64,000 nt of DNA from assembly GCA_038087875.1 (NCBI GenBank), contig CM075985.1, positions 7,936,001-8,000,000 of the forward strand. The letters run 5' to 3'. Source of the stretch: Malacoraja senta. Its lineage: Eukaryota. Below, one piece after another: positions 45,901 to 57,900 of this stretch; positions within the stretch are counted from its first letter, which is position 1, and every line of letters starts with the position of its first letter. Below the pieces are notes generated by a model, which saw only the letters and a program-made list of their open reading frames with translations, did no database searches and was not told the DNA's origin. Made by a program: the position numbers and the translations under genes.

Positions 45901-48900
45901 ACTTGAGCAGATAGGATGTGTCTATACACTTCAGAATTCATTATGCTACTATCATCAGCCGTTGTATCATCAATGAAGATAAGTGAGCTAGTACCTTCAG
46001 CAGCCATACATGTCCAGGCCATAACACCCCACCACTGTGTTTCACACATGATATGGTATGCTTTGGATCGTGGGCAGTTCCTTCTCTCCTCCATACTTTG
46101 CTCTTGCCATCACTCTGATATAAGTTAATCTTCGTCTCATCTGTCCACAAGACCTTTTTTCCAGAACTGTGGTTGCTCTTTTAAGTACGTCTTGGCAAAC
46201 TGTAACCTGGCCATCCTATTTTTGTGGCTAACTAATGGTTTGCATCTTGCAGAGTAGCCTCTGTATTTCTGTTCATGAAATTCTGTTCATTAACAATCCA
46301 CACCTGACTCCTGAATAGTGTTTCTGATCTGTCAGACAGGTGTTTGGGGATTTTTCTTTATTATAGAGAGAATTATTCTGTCATCAGCTGTGGAGGTCTT
46401 CCTTGGCCTGCCAGTCCCTTTGCGAATAGTAAGCTCACCAGTGCTCTCTTTCTTCTTAATGATGTTCCAAACAATTGATTTTGGTAAGACTAAGGTTTGG
46501 CTGATGTTTCTTAACAGTTTTATTCTTGTTTCTCAGTCGCATAATGGCTTCTTTGACTTTCATTGGCACAACTTTGGTCCTCTTGCTAATATACAGCAAT
46601 GAAAGTTTCCAAAGGTGATGGAAAGACTGGAGTAAAGACTAGTTGCAGAGAGCTCTCTTATACCCGCATTAAGGAGGCAGTTAAACACACCTGAGCAATT
46701 ACAAACACCTATGAAGCCATGTGTCCCAAACATTATGGTGCCCTGAAATGGGGGGGACCTGTATAAACACAGCTGTATTTTCTACATGGTGGAACCAAAT
46801 GTATAAAGATGGCCTATAATAAAATCTGACAATGTGCCCTTTAACCACATGTGATTTTTTTCTATTACAAATTTCAAATTGTGGAGTACAGAGGCAAATA
46901 AATAAATGATGGGCATTTGTCCCAAACATTATGGAGGGCACTGTATATCGTTGCGGCATCCCTGAGTACTCTTCACAACTTATGTGCCCGTTGTGACCCT
47001 TTAAAATTATCAATTGTACCCATTTGTTGCATCTTACGAATCAGAAAAAGACCTATTTATCTTGCGTTCTTTTTTCTATGAGCCAAACAATCATCTATCT
47101 GTGCCTATATGTTTTCTCTGAGACCATGAGTTATTTTTTTTTGTAATAACTGGATTATCAAATGCATTATCAAATGCCTTCGAATTCAAATATAGTATCT
47201 CTACTAGTTCCTTTTTATCCACAGGATATGTTACTACTTTAAGGAACGGCAAAATAATAAGTTTATATAATTCCCCACTCGCCCTTTTCCCATTTTTAAA
47301 CCTTTGATGTTCAGATACAGGTTTTATGTCTTAAATTTGCCAATTTACCTTTTAGGTTAAGGAAGAAGGATATGACCACCCCGCTTACAGTAACTGTTTC
47401 AGTATATGATGGTTGGATTTCCAGTAATTTTGACAAGGATGTAGTTCTGGCATCAGTTGTATTAGAACGCTTTTATATGGCCCCAGGCACCACCAGGTTA
47501 GAGTTCAAAGAGGGCCGTGTTGTTGGAACACTATTCTTTCCACCAGGTAATGGAATGTAGTGCTGCAGAGTGATAATATTCCATCCTTTGTCTTTATTTC
47601 CTTTCACCTCGTGTTCCTCGTGGAATTTACTGCAATTATTCTCAAACCTTTATCTCATTTTCTTTCTTGTCCCTACCTGATTCCATACCATGAAAAATAC
47701 AGAAAAATATGATGTTATGTAGTGTAGTATGTATTCATTTATACCAAGGTGGCTTGAATTCAGTGAATTACATTGAAGAATGTTTACTGTTATTTAGGAA
47801 AATACATCAAACAGTTCTTGTATAGCAAGATCGTGTGTTCAGATTTTTGAATTTTTTGCCCGAAATGTTTCTGTTGATGATGCAGCCTAGCAAAAAATCT
47901 AGGCTGGCGAACCCTAAGTCCCTGCCATAGAAAGAGGCAAATAATGATCCCTCAACGTGGCAACATCTTGGAGGATGCAATTTATTCTCACTAATGATTC
48001 AGATGATATACTTGTTCCCGCAAGTAAAGTTTAAGTTTCAACCTATTTAGGGAGACGCAGGTGTATTGCCTCAATTTTTTTACCTCTGAAATAGTGTTGA
48101 TGCACTAACTGACTATTATGCATTTTGCATTTTACCCTTTTCATTGAAATTCCAGTAAAAGTTTATTCCTAGAGCAAGATTGTTCTGAACATTCCGATCT
48201 TGGAATAGAATACTTTATTGTCACATGTGACTAGGCACAATGAAATTCTTTGCTTGCATACCCAATGTATCTTTAAAATAGGAAAGGGAGGTTGGAGAAG
48301 GATTAGTAAGGTGTGTTTGATTCAATTAATTTCATATGCGTTACATTACCCCAGTATTCAGAGCTGACAGATTTCATGGCATCTTGACCTCTAGTCTATG
48401 GCATATTTTATTGTGGTGTTGTTCTCTGAAATTTCCTCTTGTTGTTTCTAAGCTCCAAAAAGAGCCATCAGCACATTCTTCATCCCATGATCCCCAATGT
48501 ATTGAAATTAATGCTCTACAGAAAGCCTCATTCTTCACTATCAATTTCCCAAGACTTCAATACACTGCATGTCCTACCCCCAATCCTTCCTTCCTTCCTT
48601 CCTTCCTTCCTTCTGATGACTCGGGCTTCACACCGTATCATTTAATGTGTATGTCTTCTGTTTTACTCTTTTCAACTTTGATATGGTATTGTTTAATGGG
48701 TTTAAGTTCCTAAGTTTCTTAACAATGTCCTATTGTTCTGATGTCAAGGTTAACAAGGGTCATTCATATATTCCAAAGTGAATCTCTGGGAAACAGGCAT
48801 CTCAATGACCCTCTGCCCCTGCCCTGGGTAATCAAATATTGGGCGTGAAGATTTTTCAGCTCAACAAACTTTCTTGAATGTTACAAATCAGTTCTTGGTC

Positions 48901-51900
48901 TTGACAGAAGTTAACGTTTTCAATAGCTTTATAAATTGCCTTGTGATATAAAAATATGTGGGGAAAAAATACAATTGCAATCAATGAAAAAACGTGACAA
49001 AATAAATCCTGGAGATTCCAACTTAATTTTTAATTCCCTTCCAAAGTCATAAAACCCAGAACAATCAATGTAATATTTGCATGATCTGGATGTGTACAAA
49101 GTATTCACATAGATTATATGCTATTAATTTACTCTTTTTGATTCTGATATGATATAAGGTTGAGCTCTTTACTTTAGGGGATCAATGATATTAACATACA
49201 AATTATTACAATCATTGTTTTAGTGATGTAGTCTAGTGATGTTACCTTCCATGTCCATGTTCATCTTTTCTTGAATGCATGTTTAATCCCTGTAATTGGA
49301 TGTATTCTCATGCCAGAGCACTGAAACATTACTGTTATCAAAGTTACAAAGGACATCAATGTGATGATGCCAGGAATAGATTATCCCTCTTTATTCTTCT
49401 TGACTCGCCACCATTCTTTGGTCGATTTAATTACATCTTTTTTTATTGTTGTTCTGTTATGTGAAATTGCACCCAAGATCAGAGAATCCCAGCATTGATT
49501 TTTATTCCAGCTCCCACACCACACTGTTTTGCTGTCTTTGATGTCATGAAGTCTTAGTGTGGAAACAGGCCTTTCAGTCCAACTTACGCACATCGGCCAG
49601 CATGTCCCATCTACATTAGTCCCACCGACCTGCATTTGGCCCATATCCCTCTGAACCTGTCCTATCCATGTACCTGTCTAAATGTCTCTTAAACATATCG
49701 ATGGTACCTGCATCAACTACGTCCACTCTAAATTCCACTTGTCATTCAAGGATTGATGCCTGGCCCCTTCCAAATGCTTGCAAAACCAACAAAACATTTC
49801 AGTACATTGATTCAACCTCATTCTCAACCCCATCATCTTTCAATTGCCCATCTGCTTGTCTGACATCCAGTCACAGATGAGCAGATATTTTCTCCAATTA
49901 TTAGATATTTGGAAGTCCAAAGTCACTCAGCTGAGCCATCAAAGTGCTTTGAATTTGGATCACTTCATACTGTAGCCTTAGAATTCTTTAAAAATGCAGA
50001 TATCTGCAAAATAGAAAACATGTATACTCAGTCAATCATTACATTCAGGGACTTGGCTTCATTTTCCTATCTATTTCCTATAACTGATGATGTCCCTATA
50101 AACCAAACATCTATCTTGGCCTTCAATATTTCTCGGTAAAAGAGTGCCAGAAATTCAAAAACTCTCAAGAAATTCCCCTTCATCTTTCTTGCATGGATGC
50201 CTCTCATTCTACTTTTCAGATTTTGCCACCACCAGGAGAATTAATTCCTCAATATCTAATTTTCCTTTCTTTCTTCTAAACTTCTTTGAGCATAGTCCTA
50301 AGTTGCTTGACCCTCAGCAGTCAGTCCCTATATCCCATTAATTGACAGATAACCTACCCTAGACTGTCTCTAATGCACATATGTTCCTCCTTAAATCAGA
50401 AGAGCAAAATTGTACAAAGTAGGCAATGCATACATCTCTACTCCATAAACCAAACTATTTTAGGACATAGGTTGAGTTATGTAAAATGTTTGGATGTTTT
50501 TATGAAGGGTCTATAGGTGCTATATAAATGGATGTTTTTCACAAAATTTACTTTGAGTGCAGAAATCATGATTAAGATGCTGTACATATTGTTCTATATT
50601 CGAACAGTCTGTTGGCTGCATTTCAGAACTGCATATCCTGATGTATTTATTAGGCCCTGGACCATTTCCTGCAATCCTGGACATGTGGGGTGGTGGAGGA
50701 GGTCTTATTGAATACCGAGCAGCCCTACTTGCATCCAGAGGATATGCAGTGCTCGCCTTGGCTTACACAGGACATAAAGACATTCCACAGTCAAAGGAAG
50801 TCTTTGACCCAAAACTTTCTTATTTCGAGGTAAGGAAGGTAAAATGTGGCAAAGTCAGGCACAGGCAAAGCTTGGCAGAAGTCATGTTGGCCTCTCATGA
50901 TTCCAGGATCAAAATAATTTAAGTGTTTGATGTTTACTATTGTTGGATTTGGTGATGTTGTTGTTAAATAACAAGATACTGCAATATATTGTTCACTGAC
51001 ATACAGGAGGCCTTTGTTGCCTTGAATAACCATCCAAAGGTTGCCAAAGGCAAGGTTGCCCTTGTCGGGCTTTCACTTGGAGTCACAATTGCACTCTTAA
51101 TGGCAACAGAGCTCACAAATATTCAGGTAAGTTAATCAACAATGAAAACAACTTGCAAAACAAAAGTTACGTTTTGCATCTCATAGATACTTTGTAGAAG
51201 ATTGGCACAAATGACATGGGTAGAAAAGGGGATGGGGTCATGCAGAGTGAATACAGGGAATTAGGCAAAAGGTTACAAAGCAGGACCTTGAGGGTGGTAA
51301 TTTCTGCATTATGCCTGGTGCCATGTGCTAATGAGGGTAGGAAGAGGAAAATAAAACAAATGTGTGGCTGAGGAGCTGGCACAGATTCAGATTTTTGGAC
51401 CATTTGGGGTTTTTTCAGGACAAGAGGAACAGATTGTACTTGAACTGAAGGGGAACCAATATCCTTGCAGGAAGGTTGGCTGATGCTACTTGGGAGGGTT
51501 TAAACTAGAGTGGCATGGGGTGAGAACCAGAGCAGGTCAGCAAATGTAAGGACTGACGGGATGGTACAGGTTATGACTAGTAAGTCTCAAAGAAAGGATA
51601 GGCAGGGAGAGGTTAAGGAGGAATTTGGTGAAATGAATAGGCTGAAGTGTGTTGATTCCAACAGCATGTGGGTAAAGCAGATGAACTTAGAACCTGGATC
51701 AGTGCTCAGAATTGTGTGGTTGTAGCCTTTGCAGAGACTTAGCTGTGAGAGAGATACTCAACATTCCAGGGTTTCAATGTTTCAGACATGATAGTGAGGA
51801 AGGTTAAAGAGGCAGAGAAGTTTAGTTTAGAGATACAGCGTGGAAACAGACACTTTGTCCACACCAACCAACGATCACCTGTTTGTACTAGTTCTCCGTT

Positions 51901-54900
51901 AACCCAGTTTTGCATTCTACCCTAAGGGCAATTTATTGAGGCCAATTAACCAACAAATCTGCACGTCTTTGGAATGTGGGAGAAAACCGGAGCACCCAGT
52001 GCAATCCCACGCAGTCACAGGGAGAATGTGCAAACTCCACACGGATAGCACTCATAGTCTGGATTGACCCCCAGATCTCGGATGCTTTGTGGCCACAGCT
52101 CTACTGCTGTGCCGCTACTAGTTGCTTTACTATTCGGGGAGACTGTCACACGGCACACAGTGAGCACTTGCTGGAGGGTTCGTCCACCATGCAGGGCTCT
52201 ACCATTCACTATGAATATCCTGCTTTGGTTTGACTTCCCAAAGTGCAATACCTCACGCTTATCTTCATTAAACTCCATTAACTATTCCTCAGCCCATTTG
52301 TCCATCTGATCAAGGACCTGCTGTAATTTATGATAACCGTCTTCACCATCTATGATGCCACCTAATTTAGTTTCACATGCTAACTTACTGTTATTGACCA
52401 AGTCGACCTCTGACATGTGGAAGTCGTGTTTGATCAGAGTTCAGGAATGACATGTTCCAGTGATGAGGAGAGATAAGGTTAGCAAGTTAAGGGAAACTTA
52501 GATGACCAAAGAGGTTGTAAATTTGGCCAAAAAGAAAGAGGGGGCATATGTAAGGTTTATAAATATGAAATCAGAAAGGCAATACAGTATTTTAAGTCTT
52601 ACAGTATTTTAAATATTGCGAGATCTAATCTGTTCACTATTGTATAGTGTATAGTATATATTGTATGTAAGAAATTTGCAGTGTTGTGGGTCAATCTGAA
52701 AATTGGTAGATTTAAATTTTCTTTCAGATTGTTTATCTGTAGCCTACAAAACTAAAATTCTATGTACTTTGAAAAGGAGATATTTATTAGGCCTTTGCAA
52801 AGCAATTAAACTTGACAAAAGGATATTTTCCCAATTAAATGAGATTGTCCCCTAGTTCTGAGCTCGTGTGCAATGTTATTAAATGTTCTACGATCATGAC
52901 TGGGTAGTGTAATTGATACCAGCAGTTGATTCATTTGCTGGAAATTGGCATTGTTCACCTGTTACTCAGCTTTAAGTTTCATTTTTTACAAAGTATTAAA
53001 ACATTTCTGTTGATATTAATGGTTCATCCACTGCACCTCTTGCACTTTTTCTTCAGCCGAAATGCGTAATTTGCATCAGTGGAACTCATTTAAACATTAT
53101 CAGGAATGGAAATGCTGATGTAATTGAAGATGAGAATGAGTAAGTTGATATTGGAATTTTCCTTTTATGTATAATTGTTGTTCTTCAATGGGTATTCCCT
53201 CCTGAGGGTGAAGACCATGATGTGAGTGTGTTGTATTTAAATATCAGGAAGAATTGGTTGCCTTCTGAAAAAATATTTCAAATCTAGTCAGTTTACAAAT
53301 ACAAATTGGTAGATTATATAAACCTATATTAATTTAAATAAACAAAGGATTAATGGATTTAACAATCAGAATAAAATATTATTTTGGGCTTCATTAACTT
53401 GTCTGCTTTTTCTTTTCTCTGCTTTCTCACCTAGAGCCTTAGGTAAAATTAGGTTTACAGAAGACGGTGATATGATATGGAAATACCTTTCCTTTCCATT
53501 CACGAATGTTTCAAAGTTCATTGTGCCGGTAAATGATTTTACTAACTACAGGAATAATATGTTAGCAGTGTACCATAAAAGCCTTATCATAAAATTAGGT
53601 TTTACCATAAAATCAGGCAAGTCATGGATGTTGAAGGAGAGTGCTCCTTTGGAGGGGGTGATGTCAATAAATTGTATTTTATAAATGCGCCTTATTTTAG
53701 TGCAGTAATTGTATTTGTAATTCAAATGTTTAAATTCCAATAGCTTCTTTATAGGAAGGCTAATGTAGAGAAAGTTCTAAGTTAAAATAATGGCAAATGG
53801 CTATTTGTCGATTTATTTCTATGTTTTAGTTTAGATAATTTCATGCAGACAATTAACTGTTAACTCTTTACAACATACATTCTTGTCTTTCATTGAAAGG
53901 TTGATAAAATCAGATGCCCCTTAATGATTATCTGTGGTGAAGATGATCAAAACTGCCCTGCAACTGAATCTGCTGATGAGGTAAATGCATAATGTCCAAA
54001 ATGCATGTGAGATTTTGTGGTTTTTGGCTAGAGGTATTCGTAGGTTAAAACCTGTTTGCTTTTTTCTCTCAGATAAAGAAGATGATGAAGGCTGCAGGAA
54101 ATGATCACTTGCTCACAACAATCTTGTATCCTCAGACTGGACATCTGATTGAGCCTCCATATAGTCCACATTTCAGGATAACCAAGTTTAAGATACAGTC
54201 ATTAAATAAAACAGGTGAGCTCATTAGCTGAAGTACCACTTTATCTCACTAATCCTGATGCACATTGGCAATAATTAGACTATAGGTGTGTATGGTGTTG
54301 CAATATAAAATTGTACTGGCAGAGAGCATTCTATTCCCTTATGAAGTTGAATATAAATTTGAATATGTATTCATTTCTAATCATTGAAAGATGGAACATT
54401 GACACAGTTAGAGAGCTACTCTACCGCAACCCAGATTCAGTCCTAACTTCTGGTACTATCTGATGGGTGTTTGTATATTTCTCTGTGACTCTCTGTTTCT
54501 CCCAGGAGTTTCAGTCTCCTCTCTCATCCCAAAGACCTGCAGGTTGGTAGATTAATTGATCAGTATGAATTGACCCTAGTGTCTCGATGGGGAAGTTGAT
54601 GGAAATTTGGGGATTGCTGTTGGATTAGAATTAGTGGGTGTTTGATGTTCAGCATGGATTTGGTAGGCTTCTTCTTACGTATGGCGTGCACAGCCTAAAG
54701 TTGTAAGACAACTTGTTCCGTTTGATCTTCACGCCAGGTTGATTGCATTCGTCGAAACAGTGTGGACCACGTGAAGGTTGCAATCCCACCCCATTGGGTA
54801 CGCTGAAGGGCCTGTTTCCATGTTTTATAAGCATACTTACGCTTTTGCCTTTGGATCTATTATTTTCCATTTATGCATATGCTGGTTCTTCAGTAACATT

Positions 54901-57900
54901 TGCTGGGTGTGTTATTTTAAACCAAATCTTTAGATATGCGGAGGAAAAGATTAGTGAAGACAAATGTAGGTCCCTGACAGTCAGAATCAGGTGAATTTAT
55001 AAAGGAAACAAGGAAATGGCAGACCAGTTAAACAAGTACTTTGGTTCTGTCTTCACTAAGGAAGACACAAACAATCTCCCAGAAATACTAGGGGACCGAG
55101 GATCTCGTGGGAGGGAGGAACTGAAGGGAATCCACATTAGTCAGGAAATGGTGTTAGATAAACTGTTGGGACTGAAGGCAGATACATCCGCAGGGCCTGA
55201 TGGTCTGCAGCCCAGAGTACTCAAGGAGGTGGCCCTAGAAATCGTAGATGCATTGGTGATCATTTTCCAATGTTCTACAGACTCTGGATCAGTTCCTGTT
55301 GACTGAAAGGAGAGAGGAAACGGGGAATTATAGACCAGTTAGTCTTACATCGGTAGTGGGGAAGATGCTTGAGTCAATTATTAAAGATGTAATAGCAGCG
55401 CATTTGGAAGCAGTGATAGGATCGGTCAAAGTTAGCATGGATTTATGAAGGGAAAATCATGCTTGACTAATCTTCTGGAATTTTTTGAGGATGTAACAAG
55501 TAGAATGTATAAGGGAGAGCCAGTGGACGTGGTGTATCTGGACTTTCAAAAAGCCTTTGACAAAGTCCGACACAAGAGATAAGTGTGCAAAATTGGAGCA
55601 CATGGTATTGGCCGTAGGGTATTGACATGGATAGAGAACTGGTTGGGAGACAGGAAGCAAAGAGTAGGAATTAACAGGTCCTTTTCAGAATGGCAGGCAG
55701 TGACTAGTGGGGTACCACAAGGCTCAATACTGGGACCCCAGTTATTTACAATATTAACGATTAATACAAGGGAATTAAATGAACATCTCCATGTTTGTGG
55801 ATGACACAAAGCTGGGTGGCAGAGTGAGCTGTGAGGGGGATGCTATGAGGCTGCAGGGTGACTTGGATAAGTTGGTTGAGTGGGCAGATGCATGGCAATT
55901 GCAGTATAATGTGGATAAATATGAGGTTATCCACTTTGGTGGCAAGAACAGAAAGGCAGATTATTATTTGAATGGTGTCAGATTAGGAAAAGGGGAGGTG
56001 CAATGAGACCTGGGTGTCCTTGTACATCAGTCACTGTAAGTAAGCATGCAGGTGCAGCAGGCAGCGAAGAAAGCTAATGGCATGTTGGCCTTCATTGTGA
56101 GAGGATTTGAGTTTAGGAGCAAGGAGGTCCTACTGTTAATCCTGGCCAAATTGGAGAGGCTAGGACTTTAAAATGGGGTGAAAGCTTCAGGGCTGCTGGG
56201 AGATTTGGTCAATTTTGAATTGCTCCCTGCAGAACTGGGACAAGCTGCGGAGTGGTACCAGTGTGACTGGAGCCTAGATACAAGTTGCAAAAAAAGAATA
56301 AGAACATCTGCAGACCCTGTCAATTAGGTGCAAAATGCATAGATTGGATGGCTGCAAACCAGACATACACCTTGTAAATAATTGTAAATAATGTTGCAGA
56401 GTTCTACTTTGCTGAGTGTTGATTGGATGAGGTATTGAGCCTTGTCTGGGTTTCTTGCAGATCAGGGTAAACGATTCTAAGTTGGCTTCCTTGAGAAGTC
56501 CTGTTTGAATACAATGTATTAAGCTACTGTATTATTGGATTAGGGAAATGTCTGTTATATATGGGGTTAATCGATATCTGTAATTGGATTGTTCAGAGAC
56601 CACGCCCATGTGGTTCGACCCCTCGAGGTCCCGGGACCTATAAAAGTCCGCTACCACAAGTTCCAGCATCGATCTTCTGGGAGAGCACTGGGACTGCGTG
56701 ACCTTCTGGAGTGTCTCTGTTTGCGCGAGGCCTGGAGGGCTTGATCAGGCAGATACGAGGATCAAACCCGCGGTGGGATAGGTACAGTAGTTGAATTGTA
56801 ATTGCGCTTTGTTAAAATAAATATGAGTTGTTCAAATGCTTGATTCAGTGTTTTTGACTGAAACTAGACTGGGGGGAAGCTTAGAATGTGCAATTTACAC
56901 TACTGCAGTTGTACAGGGCCCTGGTGAGACAGTATTGTGTGCAGTTTTGGTCTCCTAATTTGAGGAAGGACATTCTTGCTATTGATGGAGTGCAGTGTAG
57001 GTTCACCAGGTTAATTCCTGGGATGGTGGGTCTGACATATGATGAAAGAATGGGTTGACTGGGTTTGTATTCACTGGAATTTAGAAGGATTAGAGGGGAT
57101 CTTAAAAAATATATATAAAATTCTTAAAGGATTGGACAGGCTAGATGCAGGAAAAATGTTCCCCATGTTGGGGGAGTCCAGAACCAGGGGTCACAGTTTA
57201 AGAATAAGGGGCAGGCCATTTAGGACTGAGATGAGGAATAACTTTTTGACCCAGAGAGTTGTGCATCTGTGGAATTCTCTGCCACAGAAGGCAGTGGAGG
57301 ACAATTCACTGGATGATTTCAAGAGAAAGTTAAATTTAGCTCTTAGGGCTAATGGAATCAAGGGATATGGGGAGAAAAAGCAGGAACGGGGTACTAATTT
57401 TGGATGATCAGCCATGACCATATTGATTGACTGGCTCGAAGGACTGAATGGCCGACTGCACCTATTTTCTGTTTCTTTGTTTAATATCTGATATTTTACT
57501 TTTGGGATATTAGCTAAATAAGCCAATGATTTCCTGAATGAATTTTTGAATTCATTCTGAAGAAGGTCTGAAGAAGGGTTTCGGCCCGAAACGTTGACTA
57601 TTTCCTTCCGCCCATAGATGCTGCTGCACCGGCTGAGTTTCTCCAGCACTTTTGTCTACCTTTGATTTTCCAGCATCTGCAGTTCCTTCTTAAAAACAAT
57701 GAATTTTTGAATTATTGGTGGTATTGGTTAAAATAGGAAAAAATTATTTTTACAATTTAATCCCGAAGCATGAAATCAAAAAGGATACTTTACCACATAA
57801 AAGTTTCTGTAATTGGCTTACAATATCTTTTGAATGCTTTTATTGCATATGGGGCAATTAAAAAGAGTAAGCCACTTGCGCACTGAAGCCTGGTGCTCCA

